Assembly (NCBI GenBank): GCA_002633005.1
Contig: NMRA01000231.1
Location: forward strand, 86,351-150,350
DNA from: Phoronis australis
Taxonomy: Eukaryota > Animalia > Phoronida
DNA: 64,000 nt
Direction of reading: 5' to 3'
In this document: positions 22,901 to 37,149 of the stretch, piece after piece
Position numbering within the stretch: position 1 is the first letter of the stretch
Layout of the letters: each line of letters starts with the position of its first letter
Made by a program: the position numbers and the translations under genes
Notes under the pieces: generated by a model
What the model saw: only the letters and a program-made list of their open reading frames with translations
Database searches by the model: none
What the model was told of the DNA's origin: nothing

Positions 22901-25900
22901 AGGCTTCGATTAAAATTGACATCTTACCAGCAGCTTCTGTTTTTTTCATCATCACTCAGTTTCCATTTTCTTTAAAAAATGAAGCAATTTTCTTCATTGC
23001 ACAGTGGAGCAGACGACGGAAAGGGAGTCGTAGTTCCCAGCGCCACTGCCGGTTGCCTGGGATATCGCGGGAAATCCTATACTTAGCCATAGTTCCGTTA
23101 CGATTGCGCCGTGTTCCGAATTTGACACTTAAAATTGCACACATTTAAATCTTGTTTTTTAAAATTTAATTAATAAACTCAACATTTCCCTACGCTCTTG
23201 CTGTTTTATTTTTTGCGGCAGCCAAGGGGGGGTGGATGTGGGCCTCCTGGGCCCCCTAAATCCGCCTATGTAACAGGGTTTACGAGTTATGCTTGCACTA
23301 CAAATATCGCTGAAACCTTTGTTTATGATTGCCAGCACCATAGTCGTGAGACACATACGCTGAACACGGTCGCCAAAGAGTCATATATGTGCTCTTAACA
23401 GTTTGATCGAAACAGAGAGTTCGTTCGAGGTATTCATCTTCACCAATAATCCTTTCCTAGTAAAAATCTTCGAAAAGGTTCTATTCATAGAATTTCTTAA
23501 GAAAATGTACGGGTATTAATTTCATCGTTCTAAAAGCACCGCAACTATTGCCTGTGTGTAATTCACAAAGTGATCTTCAATGTCTTTCGATTTATTTTGA
23601 GGTAGACTTCTGGAAATATCTCTTACGATGGAGCTCACGATGAAAAAGATGTTGCACGATTGGAAAGACGAAAAATATTCGACACGAAAATTGTCTTATG
23701 ATGTGACAAATAAACTGACGGCAATAACTCTTGAAGACAAAAGTCATTAAATGCACAACAGTGTTGCCTGTTGACGATTTTTATACACACTCGCTCAAAC
23801 TATTATATGTCGATCGTCCGCAGGACTATTCTGGTTATTTGTCTTGGCGTTCTTCTCTACATGTACGGTTGTCCTGCGGCTGATCAACAAATACACAGAG
23901 TTTGAGCGACTATGTGCCGTGTCAACCGACAATACAATCGTGCGTTTAATGAATTCTGTCTATGGTACATAGATAACGGTATATCATTAGTTGAAAACCA
24001 CTTGCAGGTTCCAATGTGCCTTCACTGGTGTTTCCCAGATCCGCAGTCACGAATGGCACTCAGTGGACAGGCAGTTATCAACAACCCTTTTGTTAAATAA
24101 CTTGATGCCTCGATTATATGATTCTCGTGTTTTTGGTTTGGGGTGATTCCAAACTGGAATGCAACTTATTTCCGATAACAGCACTATAGGCCCTCTTCTT
24201 ACCTTGTTCGTCAACCGCGTGTATTAATTCATGACCCATCAGCGTTCCCAGCGAGCCAAAGTTCATGAACCCTGGCAGGGTGCTTTTGTAAAGTGGGAAC
24301 TGCATGATTCCAGCTGGTACAAACAGGTTGTTCCAAGGATTGTAAAAATGGGCGGTAATGTCATAAGCACTGTAGGGCCACGCGCTTCTGTCTACGCCTT
24401 TGACCAGTCGATTGGTCCAGTCGGACTTTTGAAACTTGTACAGATTCAGCAGGTTTTGGAAGTAGTCTCCTGTGTCTACTGTCAGCTGTAAACGAAAGCA
24501 AAGTTCAGTAATTGTCAATCTGTTCTGGAGACTCGTTGCATGTCGGATTAGCAGTGCCGCATAAAAACTTGTGCAAAATGTCAAACCGTACGTACCAACA
24601 AGAAATTGTCTTTGTGCAATACAAAGTGCGACGATTAGTGGCGGAAGTAAAATTTCCGTCATCTGCGCCATCTTTCCTCTGCTTACTTACCTTTTCGTAG
24701 AAATCGTCCAACATATGATCGTTATTGGGAGCCATCATATCTGGGTAGCCAAGTTTGTCAACGATGGCGTCAATCTGGAAATAGGCTGTAAATATTACTT
24801 TGAGCTTCTTTCTGTCTTACTGTAGGCTCATGTCTCCTACTATGCTTCAGAGGATGACGGAAGTCGACCACAGGTTTCTTATGTCATCAAACGCTAATAA
24901 AAGAAGAACCCTTGATCATGCCCGGCAACGGCCTCGCCTCAAATGCATCATTTGTCAAGAGTCTCTTACAGGAATTCCAGGTTTTTAGAACTAGTTGCAT
25001 GCCACTGAGTTCGCAAAATGCGGGACCCCTATGAGTGACTATTACCCGTCATTTTATCTAAGATCCATTGGATCGAACATCAAAATACGCTTAGATGACA
25101 TTATCTCGTCATCCATAATATGACAATATATCTACAGTTAACAGAGGCGGATCTACAGTGGGACTTCAGGGGGCTTAACCCCCCCCCCGCCCTCGGGACA
25201 GGATCAAAAATAAAAATTAAAAAAATCGCCAGAAAAACGAAATCAGCTTATAAAAACCACAACATACATGGGAGGGGGGAACCCCGTGAGGGGGAAAACC
25301 CCCTCCCGACCTTCCTTCCGCTCGAATCTTAACTCCCCCCCTTACTGAAAACGTAGATCTGCCACTGACTACAAATGCACACACATTGTAGTCTTCAAGA
25401 TTTTTATTCGTTGCGTCGCGCCCATGACGTATTGCTTGTTTCTACACTTATTAAAAAATAAATACCAATGCGCTTCTAACTTCCGTAAACAATCTCGCTT
25501 ACGATTCTTGTTACCGGATAGGAAGCTTGAACAATCACACTGAAAACAAACTCACTTTTGCTAAAGCAGCCGTCCTCGTATCGCTGTCCATCCAACTTGC
25601 ACCATTAACCATATCCTTTAATGTCGTTTTCATGTATTTGAACATACCATCCACCGTCTGTTTGTCACTGGCGCTAAAGTGGTCGCGCACGAAGAGCCCT
25701 CCAAATGCAGTCTGCATCGAGTTGCCAATGAAACGAAAGCAATACTTCCAGTTGCCCAGAAACTCTTTCCGGCCAGTCCGCGCAACGTAGAACTCGCGGT
25801 TGGCGTGTACGTAATCCCACGATAGATCCTGCGCAAAGGAGGAGCTGACTCGCCACACGAGGTAGTTATTCAGAATCCTGAAAAATAGCCATGGTTTACA

Positions 25901-28900
25901 ACTCTACATTACAAATCAACCAACGTCATGCAGTATCGTAATAGCTCCGTAGATGGCAGCAGTAACGGATAAACTAACTAACTCAGACCATGTTTCGAAA
26001 TTATCTGTCATAGTCAGGTTTTGGAAGGGCTGTGAAAATGATTAAAATTAACCTTAGTTATTTTTATATGGCGTTTTAGCCTTTCAAAATATAACAGAAA
26101 TTTTACAACTTCATTCATACTGGGCTTTTCACTGTGTTGTATTCATTTTCACGCTACGCCTTTAAAGCAAGAAGCTATGATTAAAGGCACTTGCTGTTGT
26201 GAAATTGCCTCAAATGATTCCTTAGACAAAATAAGTGTGATTTGTGGGCTTAATAAGAACTGCCAATTAGTCATTTTTCAGACCAAATCATAACCTGAAA
26301 ATTTATGAGCTAGTGCTAAAGAAATAACTAACTGCGGGTATCCCGCAAGGTTCCCCAGTCAAGAGATCATTTCTAAACAGAGTTGTATAAGGCAAGACTA
26401 ATGTCATAACGGTGAGATAAATCAAAATGTTTGACAGAATTGCGCGGTTTAATTCCTTAGTGCGCACCAACACTGAATTGTTTTAACCAAAAGTCACACA
26501 CTCCCCAATTACACGTTTGTGTGTAATAGGAAGTAGTCTTGAAAAATAATTATATACCCCCAAAGGTCATAAAAAGTAAGTCCAAGGTCAACTGGTGTGT
26601 AAAGCCAAGTACATTGATGTCGGGTATTAAGACCAAACGCCATAATATGAGATGATCAAAATTCAGAAAAACAAACATTCCTTTTTACACCCGACGACCC
26701 AAGGAAACCAGTAAACCAGGGAATTGAGATAAAGTCATTTAAACATAAAATTGACATCGTACAACGAAGTTAATTGATTTCCAAAAGGATTTCAATCTTT
26801 GTTTAGGTAGTTGTTCTCTATGCAAACGTTGGTCCATAAAAATAAACACGCGCACGCACCCAGCTTTACATGTATTTATCATGGTAACTTCCGTCACTGT
26901 ATCAGATCACTGTGTAATGTAACAACGCATTACGTGGACTGATGGGAGCTGACCATGTGCAGCTCAGTGAATGCCATTTACAGTGACTGGAGAACAGCGA
27001 CTATATTTACTGGCTAAAAAGAATATTACACTTACCTGTTTTTGTCGTTTCCTAAACTGTTTATTAAACCCGTAACTTGCTTTAAGTAGTTCTGCTCAAG
27101 AAGAACCACCTGCGTGTCAGCATTAACGTTTTGTCCAAACATATATTGGAAGAACCTCAGCCAGTCCATCTGTAATAGTATGTTGATGTTGTCAATGCCG
27201 AACTACATTTGAGAACCACAAATTCAACGGGAGCGGTTAACGCTGCTTTGTGCTCTATGAATACTTTGATTATGTTGTCGAGGCATATACGCCAATTTCT
27301 GATGTCGAGTTACCGAAGATAGAAGTGTAGAATACACTATGCTTGTTTTGACACCTTCGCTGTTTGCCGGTGAGTGCTCCATGTGACGGCGCTGATACGC
27401 CGTAAAATGTAACAATTTCGTAAAATGTAACAATTGTTACATTTTATGTCATTGTTACATTTTACGTTGCTAGGCCTCTCCTAAAACTTAACAAGTTGTT
27501 ACATTTTATGAAATGGTATCAATTTGCGTCGAACGCACATGCGAGAAATATACCATTGTTACATTTTACGAAAACGACGTCACATTCCATGAGTTTGCAT
27601 GGTATTTGTCAAACGGAGGAAAATCCTTCACACACTTAAAGTTTTCTTATCGTTAAAGCGTTCTTGTAATCTTTTGTTGGCGCTCATAAACCCATTGTGT
27701 ATCCGACATTAAAGTGAACACACCTCCCTTGCTAAGAACAACAATGCCATCGTGTTTTGCTAATATTTATCGTATTTCTCCTGGAACGAACGACAATGAC
27801 AAAATTTTTCATGGAGAATTCCATTTTGGATTAAAAAACACCAGCTTTAGTCCACGATAGTTTGGTTTATTTCGACCTTGGAGTCATCGCTAATGCAGTA
27901 ATTACCCTGCTTCACACAAAAGGAGTAAAATCAAAGTTTCTGATGCCGGCGGGTGCTGTCTACCACCTTAGTTACGAATGACAATTTCTCAAAGACATTG
28001 TAGTGGAAGGAAATAAAAGCATGCATTTATTGAAAGGTTGAAAGATTTTGCCAAAGCAACAGCAAAATATCGCCTTTGAGAAAAGCGAGCCACTAGCTTA
28101 AAGAAGTGACGGCATAGCAACGAAAGAAATATCATTGTTCCTGTGACGTCAAGCTTGTCTGAAATAGTGGTGATAACAACAGGTCAAACCGTGACGTGTA
28201 TACGTAAAAGTGGGAAGCTTAACTGGGGAAATAGAAAATATTTTGCACTCTGAAGGGACATGAACATTTTGCTCATACCGGGTCAAGGTCGATAGTTTAA
28301 AGGGACAATAGTCAAAAAAATTGACTGTCGGCCTTTCGCACTATAAAAACAGGCACTTTCTCTTTCCATTATCTTTTAAAATGAAATGTGAATTGAAATT
28401 GCTATTTGGTCAATGGTCGTTAGTTCGAAGTACATGTCAATAAGGACAAAGATTGGACATTCTATTATTAATGGACGTGAAGTCACGTGTCTCATGAGGC
28501 GCCACTTTTTGTGTTGCAGCTACTTTTTGTGTCACGGATGCGAGTAAACTGGCTGAATCAACTGCCAGGTTACCGAGTCACGTGACACTTTCTGCGTCAT
28601 CCCACAATTCTACGCTCTGGGATGCGCACGCGTCGATTTTAGCTAACCGTTAAAGCAAGTGGTGAAGAAAAAAAATTGTAATATTCATGTTGAATTATGT
28701 TCATTACAAAGATGTAGGAACATGCATTATCTGCCAGATATCTGAAGCATCTTATAGCAACGGAAGTGGAAAATAAAATGTTGCATGCTTCGCAATAAAG
28801 TAAAAGTCATGAGATTTCTGGGCGTTATAACTCTACTGTTCTCAAAGGTTAAGGTTTCGCTCGACTGCCGGCTGTGTCCGCGATTTCCATAAACAAATCT

Positions 28901-31900
28901 GCACGCAATATTTATTATTTGTAAGGAAAGGCTTCCTCATCAAGTTCTACTACTAGTCAGAGAGCGGAGAGAACGAGAGTTACCAGTCATCACTCTTAGA
29001 ACCTAAACACGTTGAAGACGCATCTAAGAAGAAACTTATGTACAGTAGGACCTTATTTTCAAGTCTGTACATTCAGATAAATATTCACAAATCTATATAA
29101 TTTAACTCAGTAAAAGTATACATTTACAGAAAACAGAAAGTATGTAAATTTTGATTACTGAGTTTTGCTAATGTGCCAGATCGACTATGTCACGTGATCA
29201 TGTCTTTAGTAAAATTCAGCAAAACATGAAAAATGCAATTGATAACAATGACAGTATCACTAACATGACCGAATTTCGGTTGATGTAAATATTGAAGATA
29301 ACATCTCAAAAACGATTTTACAATTTTCGTTAGGTTAAATTTCGCTTTCGATTTTAGTCAACTTTCGTTTTTTACAAAAATCATAAAAGTCTTATTTTGG
29401 TAGCCTGTTTTAAATAAATCATAACTGTCTGACAGCGTTTTGTGGAAGAGAGCGCAAAGCGTAGTACACGTATCCGGGCGTTGCATATGAATCCAATTAG
29501 CCATCTCTGAGATATGAAAATCTCGGACATTCTAAGTCGTACATCACTTTAAAGCGGGGGAAAATAGTACACTCAGTCCATTACCTGCTTCTTGAAGGTA
29601 ACTAAATTAAGATGAAATGCCCCTTTACATGTAAATTTCAAACACCACTACTCCCACCCGGATACGTAATCATTGCCGACATTTTCAAAGCACATTTTGT
29701 TTAGTGGAGAATATTTGGCAGGAATACATGCAGTTACCCTTAAAAATCTGGATGGTAACAACATTTATTAGTCTAAATTTCTGGAATCTGGAGTGCAAGG
29801 GCATTTGAATTCTTGTTTCCTCTTTTGCACCGCGGAAGTTGCGAATTGGTGAATTTAGGAACTAAATCGCAATTTTTGGTCATATTGAGCATCTCAATTT
29901 TTTAGGTAGACGTAGAAAGGCAAAAAACATACTTTTGTTAAATTTCTTCATCTCTGAGAAATCCCATCGACTTTGCTCGTTTAAGTCGTGCCTTTTTTCA
30001 TCTGTCCTGACGAGACAGGGTGCGAACAACGGTTTTTTTTTACTCAGGCGAGTGATAACGTCAAAATCAGCCACTCGAACTGTGGTCTTTGCTTACAATG
30101 TACAGTAGCTGTCATGACGGGGAATTCTGGGACATTTTGTATGAATGCTTCCGGCTTGTACTGTTTCTTCGTGTGGAGTGGCTTTCTAACACATGATGCC
30201 TAAGGCACTTTTTGTTACTTACGAATCCATATCTGGTATTCAGATCTGTTATGGACAATCTATTGACAGGATGGTGAGCGTCGTCTGTCGGTTGGGTCCA
30301 CTGAGTAATCTGAAATGCACATGTCCGTAAACATCACGTTTGGCCTTCCGTTATGGTAAGTTCCAAGCTTTCCACACCATGCGCGCACCCAGCCTTTAAC
30401 ATGGGGGGGGCTCGAATTTTTATCAAAGTTGACCTTTTGCTAAAAGAAAAGCGGGAGGACTAAAAAACGGGGTACCACCTTCAGGTCTGTGAACTGTGCG
30501 ACTGCGCCTTTGTAGTGGACTTTTGTCTAATTTTCTCGGACTTTTTTTATCTCCGAGGCGGACCTTTTTACCCAATTCGCCAAATGGGGGCTCATTCGAG
30601 CCCCCCTAGCCCCCCCCCCCCTTCTGGGTGCGCGCCGGCATGCACACAGACGTCATTGCTAGGTCAATTTACTAAAGAATACCTGTAATGACTAAAATTT
30701 GACGTTTAAAAACAAGAAAACTGAAATAGTTCAACTGACATGTATTTACCAAAACATGTCGTATGAAACCTTCGTCATAACCGTAGAAGTCATAGTACAA
30801 CGTAAAGCTTACTTAGTTATTTAACTTGCGCCGGTAACAAATCTCACCCCCATCTCGCTCGCTCCCTGCCTCCCTCTCTCCCCGTCTGCACCGTGGTACA
30901 TGGGACTTTATTATTAATAAGTCGTGTCTTAACGGGTTTTCTACTAAAGCCATGATTTAAAATTCCACAACTGGTTTCAATATACTGAAACTAAACATAG
31001 GGCATTTTTGAAAGCTTCACTTAGTTTCAGGCCCTGAAATTTTGAAAAATCCTTAACTATAGGGCCTTTTTATATCTCATAATTTTGTCTTTTCCAGTTT
31101 TGGGTTATTCACATATTTCTACCGATTTTTCCATTTCCATTTTTTATTTGTACATTGTATATAGGGGACCTTCTTATTAGCGGCCGAAAACCTTTAAAAA
31201 ATCCTCCTAATTTAAATCGCAGTTACTTAATCATTGTATTATGTCTCAATGTAAATAAATAAAACTGTCACTCTTTCTTTTGTTCATGCTGTAGCACGAA
31301 CCTTCTTGGTAGATCTCATTGGCAGATTCGTTACAAACTCAAAAAATTGAACAAGAACGGTCTTTAAACGAAAACACTCCACGCGTAATTAGTAATCTTT
31401 CAGCAGTGAGAAGTTCAGCGTGACCTCCCAATTGAAGTACCAGGTCAGTCCTTACGATATTTTCCAGCAGTGCAGGAGCTGTATCAACGTACAGTGTGTA
31501 TTTGTTATTTATCTAACCTGCGATTAACACTCTAACCGGTGTCACAGGTCTAACCAAAACAAAACTACAGAGAAGATTGAATAGGAATTGTGATAACGTT
31601 TTAATTGTCATGTTGATACATTTTACCAATGCGCGATTTCAACGTGACCGCTATTTTTATGACGCAATGAATACATGGCGGCCCAAGTGCAGAATTGTTC
31701 AGTGGTGGATTACGTAGAGAGATGAATTAACTCCGCTTTTCACCCGTTTTGTTCTGATGAACATCTATTTTTCACAGCGCAGCTGCGTTGCATAGATTAC
31801 TTTTTCGAAAACCCGAGATCACACAAGATTGAGAAGTGTATGGGTGGCGCAGCACTGAAAAAAGTGGGGGACTGTAGCCCTCCCCCCAGCCCCCCACGGT

Positions 31901-34900
31901 GCGCCGCCCATGAAGTGGTGGCCATCCATCACAAGCCAAGCACGTTTTTAATCACGCTCCACTCGCCAAAGCCTCGCATCTACGGAATCCGTTCCAGGTT
32001 AGAATTAAACTCACATTTGCCAGTTTGGTTTCGAAGTCTATCACGTCATTGACGATGGTGGTGACAACTGCTTGGTTGTCGTCTAAACCTTTGTCTCTTC
32101 GTAGTAGTTGGACAATTGTCGTCACAAAGGTTTTATATCCATTCAAAATCTGTAAACAAAAGTTGAAAAATGACACAAATTGTACAGTACAAGTACTCCT
32201 CGTATGTGAAGTGGTTGTTTCACGAACTACTGTACTGTGTAATTTACGGTGATTTTGTTTCAACATACCTGCACCTGTGATACAAGACTACTTGTTACAT
32301 TGACATGTTGAGAAGCATTTCTTTACATGTATATCTGCAACAGAGCCGAACATACAGTGCAATTTGAATTTCGTTCACAGAAAAACACCAGAAACGATAC
32401 GAATAGCCCTGCATGTGTATTTCACGTTTTTGCACTATCTCAATTTTTTTATCGTTCATGAAAAGTCAAACCCAATGTCATCCAACTGTGGTGGCCAGTT
32501 TTTCGGTGCACCGTCACTGGCATAAAAGTATAAAGTTAAACATGATACAATGTAAACGAAAACATACAACAGTGTATTAGTGATTTTCGACCAGTGATGG
32601 CCGGCCGGGGCAGGGACAAAGTTATAGTAGATTAACAATATTTGCTGGAATTGTTTGCAACGTACCCCTTGCGCCCTAGGGTCTGAATAATACGTCCAGT
32701 ACATCCCCAAGCCGGCGTAATCAATCTGTAAAACAAACATTTCGATTAATGAGTACTGCTAACAACTCTCAATACACATCTTAAATGACAACTATTTAAT
32801 TATAGTGTAACTAAAGCATGACATGTACATGAAAGCGTAGACAGTTACAATTTTCGCTAAATGTCTTTAAATTAGTTTTTGCGAAGGCAGTAACTTGACA
32901 TTGTTCATGAAACACAAAAGTGATGCCAATAAAAGGGAAGCCATAAAACCGCACCTTCTGTGGAGGCAGTTGGTCACGTGGTCAACTAGATCCTTATTCA
33001 GATTGGACGAAAGAAGTTCTAGGCTTGGGAAGAGCTGACAAGTGTTCGCTGCTTCGGGCAGAGCTCATGTTTCTTGACACGGCGGGTTAATGGGCGGATC
33101 CAGAATTTTCCAAAGGGGGTCGGATCAAGGAGTTTTTAAAATGGGGGTCTAAGTCAACAATCTGAAAATTCTGGATTTGATATCACTTAAATCAAGGGAA
33201 AAGGGGGGTCCGAACACCCTTGATCCCTGGATCTGCCCATGGGTTTGATTGGGTCAATATGATAGTCAAGGTAATTCTAGACTGGATTTGTTGTAACCAT
33301 TTTTCTATTCACAACAGTACAAAGATACAACGGCATTGCTTTGGAAGAGTCTACCAGGGTATTTACATTGAAAAGGTAGGCTACACATGGAAATGGAATG
33401 TTCCCCGCAGAAGTTCATAACTCTACACTATAACCCCATACAGCGGTGTAGTTTTTCAATGAAACTCTTTTGAACGGACTCTTTTTCGAGTCTACTCTCG
33501 AAACGTAATGGTATCGTAGCTTTCCAGATTCCCCCCCCCCGCCCCACCCCCAAAAAACTTAGTTGCTCCTCAGGGAGGAGAGCCGATTGGTCTAAAAAGA
33601 ATGAAGTTTTAGCATCAAAAGTATCAGTTGAGTAGAGGTTCGACATTCCAGCATTGGCGACGCGACCACGCCTGCATACGCGCACCCAGTCTTTAATACG
33701 GGAGGTTCGAATCTCCGAAGTGGACCTTTTGCTAACAAAAAGCCGGGGTGCGCGCATGCGCCTGCATGTAATATAGACAAAACAGTATGAATCTGCAACC
33801 AAAATAATCGGTAACTGGGTGAGACAGACCTACAGGGTGTATCCCCCTGTTATCCGGCGCTCTTTCCTCTTTTCTAAGAATCTTGATTCAAGTTATTTTT
33901 GTCTTAAGTTTAAGATTTTTCTCAACTTCCAAACTTTGAAACTTCCATATCCGGTAAGATTAAAACAAAACTCCATGATTAAAAAACGTAAGTCAAACTT
34001 AAGAGCTCTTTATTGAAACGGTCTGGCGACAACTTTAAGTTTTATCTTAAAATTGACTTAAATTTAAGATTTGTCTTAGCTTAAGTCAGTTGGAACGGAC
34101 CCCTGCTTTGAAATAAATCTCTCTATTGCCTTTACGGCTAACTTAGATAAAATCTGAAATGTACTAGTTTTACACATTTCTTCTTGTGAAATTGCATCAA
34201 CGTGCTTCCTTGTGAGCGGTTACTGCATGCCTACTCGTGTCCTTTTTGAGAGATTACAATTTCACAGTAATGTCATAGTATGGGGATTTGTGCCCTAGGA
34301 ATATCTAAATTAAAGATAACAACAGAGGTTGGGGATATCAACCTTGCAATTTCGATTTTTGCTGGTTGCCTACTACTTTATCACCCTGGAGTTGATAACC
34401 AAAAATAATTTTGAGGAAGACGTTTTCTCGCACACAAAATGAATAACAAGGAATTTTTGAATGGATGAAACTCTTCAATTCGTAGTAGCTGTCGTTGTAA
34501 AGATGTTAAGAGTTTAAGGCGGTTACGTAACATAAACCCGCCTCCCATCACCATAACAAGCTTTGGATTTAAATCACGTAAATGAAATTGATCTCAAAAT
34601 ACTCCTCTGTCAAACTGAAGGTGATTTCGGGGCTGCGGAAGAACCATTCATTGTTGATTGAAACCAGGCTCTGCATTTTGGTTTGTCACAACGTACGCCT
34701 ACATGTACGTGTAATTTAATGCACTGAGCATATGGTCTCAATGAGTAACGAACTGTGGGCAAACCCATGAAGCATTCTCATCTGAGCACGAAACAAGTTG
34801 CGACCAACTTTTCGTAAGTGAATGGTCTTAATCAAAATTGCCTTCTTGGACTGAAATTTGATTTTAAGTCACTTTAAATAAGCTAGGAGGGATTGCGTGT

Positions 34901-35601
34901 AAGGAATATTTTTAGTGTCAATATTAGACCCCACCTCCTAAGATGTTGCTTACCTGTATGACGTTTCTGTCCTTCGTAGCAGCATCCGGAGCAACTTTGA
35001 ACCCGAACAACGCATTGTTCCAGTAATCAACATGAACTCTGGAGAACTGGTCTGTAAAGTCATAGCCGCCATTTGTTGGTGGATAGGTTTGGTCAAATCC
35101 ATACCAACCATTCATATTCATTATTGCATTGATCAGTTTTTGTCCACCCGCTTTTTGGTTTTCGTACGTATCTATGCATGACTTGAAAAGTTCTTTGATT
35201 TTCCTCTCCCAAGAGTTCGTTGACGTCCGTTTAATGGGGGACTCCAGGACTTCTCGTAAGCGCTCTGCGTTACGGTCACTCAACTGATTCAACACCGTTA
35301 CCTGAGAGTGATCCGGCGGTAAAAAGTTTATCGATTGCCAACCGGAGCAAGCGTAGCTGAAGAAATCCGTACATGGATCGACGGATTTATTGAGATGAGT
35401 CAATACATAAGAAGAGGCAGAGAGGCAGTTTTTGTCCACGCATGTATTCACCTTATCTGACCAATGAATGCCAAGACCAACGGCGAGACCCACGGTTAGC
35501 ACGAAAAAGACGCCAGCGAGAATAGCTATCACGATCTCTCTTGTTCCCCACGCCGCCTTGGTGAAAGTGGGCCACAGAGACTCACTGTCCTTGTCCGCCA
35601 T
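16977..35601 (-). CDS. M13 family (neprilysin/endothelin-converting enzyme-like) type II membrane protein, paralogue A; 12 coding exons: 35601-34954, 32725-32666, 32149-32015, 30309-30223, 27169-27036, 25877-25556, 24774-24691, 24485-24203, 21144-20999, 19988-19821, 17607-17534, 17076-16977 (~746 aa)
   Basis: Short cytoplasmic tail plus one TM helix (IVIAILAGVFFVLTVGLAVGLGI). M13 motifs: CxxxxC..VDPCTDFFSYACSGW, NNYLVWR, WMDSDTR, PAGIMQFP, NFGSLGTLMGHELIHAVD, DWW, LPGLGLTSEQAFF, EFRDAFKC..MN..C. All GT-AG with consistent phases; 2241 nt. Confidence 0.92.
18103..18295. repeat. Two diverged ~97-bp tandem units
   Basis: GACAACC.TCTTCACGGCCGC.AACA.GCG.TCTCATTGTAGGTT...GATTTGGCC at ~18103 and ~18202. 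Confidence 0.7.
18217..19630. repeat. Tandem ~0.7-kb near-identical duplication (18217-18923 and 18925-19630) separated by a single N
   Basis: Both copies start GGCCGCAAACAAGCG and end GGATGTGGACCAGT; N at 18924. Confidence 0.9.
22571..22629 (-). repeat. Degenerate tRNA-derived (SINE head-like) sequence
   Basis: Minus strand GGTGGTGGAGTGGTTAAG (A-box-like) ... GAATTCGAGTCT (B-box-like); no intact cloverleaf. Confidence 0.4.
25142..25367. mobile_element. MITE with ~15-bp TIRs
   Basis: CAGAGGCGGATCTAC ... GTAGATCTGCCACTG; G/C-run-rich interior; no clear TSD. Confidence 0.7.
27402..27570. repeat. Cluster of TTGTTACATTTTA motifs in both orientations, including a perfect 26-bp palindrome (27421-27446)
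   Basis: TAAAATGTAACAATTGTTACATTTTA, plus further copies at ~27403, 27452, 27496 and 27556; probably subterminal repeats of a DNA transposon. Confidence 0.65.
30378..30642. mobile_element. MITE, CATGCGCGCACCCAG family, with a 5-bp flanking direct repeat
   Basis: CACAC|CATGCGCGCACCCAG ... CTGGGTGCGCGCCGGCATG|CACAC. Confidence 0.7.
31839..31912. mobile_element. 74-bp mini-MITE with a 5-bp TSD
   Basis: AAGTG|TATGGGTGGCGCA ... TGCGCCGCCCATG|AAGTG. Confidence 0.65.
33089..33241. mobile_element. MITE with ~14-bp TIRs
   Basis: ATGGGCGGATCCAG ... CTGGATCTGCCCAT; internal GGGGGTC repeats. Confidence 0.7.
33675..33758. mobile_element. Short deletion derivative of the same MITE family
   Basis: CGCCTG|CATACGCGCACCCAG...GGGTGCGCGCATG|CGCCTG; shares the internal GACCTTTTGCTAA with 30378-30642. 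Confidence 0.7.
33832..34106. mobile_element. Degenerate TTAAG-rich MITE
   Basis: Many TTAAG/CTTAA motifs; right end TTGGAACGGACCCCTG; left end degenerate. Confidence 0.35.
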
Positions 35602-37149
35602 CGTTTGAAGAACCAACCCCAATTAGTCAAAATGAGAAGAAAACAAAAAGTTCCAACGATGTTCGCCTACTCGGGCTGAATCGATCTGAACCCTTCGAGA
35701 AAGTGATGTCCTGACTGAAGAAGACAAGGGGGCGTAGAAGACAAGATAGTCTTGTTATCTGCTGCACTTTGGAACTCAACGATGGGCGAATATGCGCTTA
35801 GTACTATTTGGGCTGTCATCGTGTTGTGTACATAAGAGACAAACTTTATCATAATTAATAATAGCGTTTTCAAAATTATGATAGTAAGCTCAACGTAATA
35901 TTGTGTTTTTCAATGAATTATGCTTGTATTTTCACGTATTTGGCGTAACGGCATTTGTCATTACGTATTTATCCTGGACTTGAACACCAAATGACTTCAT
36001 GAACGCTGACGTCTGAAGGCGGGTGGATTGCTTTTAGTAGACGCAAGTCATTTGTTAGTAAGGCTAGTCACTGCTTCACTGCATGGCAATTACTTCTACC
36101 AAATGATTGGAAGCCAACGTTGGTGATTTCTAACAAAATCGTGAAACGACTGATTTTGGTATTTCATAGCTCTGATCTTGAAGAAATCTGTCGTATGCGA
36201 CTGTGTCCCTTTAAACCCTGTTCACTTACCTGGCTTAGTCGTATGCAACCTATGGTATACAACTAAGCGGAGAGTTCAGATAAAAGGCACGGCTTATTTT
36301 TCTACACAAACATCTTGTCGATTGTAACAGAGTACCTGAAGTTCGCTTTTGATTTTTGATTGACTAAGGAGAAGTCGCATATGACTTTTGGAGCACCGTC
36401 TACACTCTCCGATTGTCCTCAGTGATCGAATTGGACTTTTTACGTCGAAATGCCATGTCGAAACAACTGTATACGACAGTAGTCTTCGAAATCGTAGTTT
36501 ACGGACAGAGCTTAAATTAAATGCACATAGTCTGTTTTAAGGCAAAAGATGCATTTTGAGGTTATTGTTGGATGACCAGAGCTACAAAATAACGAAATCA
36601 ATTTTGTATTGTTTTTATTAAAAATTGCCAATTCTCGCCGGTGTTCGCCACCTATTCGCTGAAATCAACTAATTCAGACCGTTGACTTAGCTTGTTGAGT
36701 AGGCTTCAAATACTCTACGATTCATCGAGTTGGATTTAATTTCGTCAGCAAAACGTTGGGTTGCCACAGGAGCTAGATTCCTCGTTAGAACTCGTCTTAG
36801 ACAACCACAACGAAGTTTTGTAATGTATGGAAAAACAGTCAGCTGATCTGCACTTACACGCGCATGTACTTTGCAAATAGTGAAGTATATATCGTGATAA
36901 AGTAAACAAAGAATATTGTTGGAACAAAGAACCCTGGAATGAAAATGGACGAATTTGTTTTGAGCTTAAATGGGTAACTGGGGAGAAAATGTATATTACG
37001 AAACAATGTCGATGTATTGATTACATTTTCCAAAACAAAGAGCCAATGTAGATGAATCAATGATAAACAGCCCCATACTGTCAAGTCCTGTCCCCACACA
37101 GCCTACCATAGAACAGCTTACGCTAGTGTCACGTACCCCACATTTAAAT

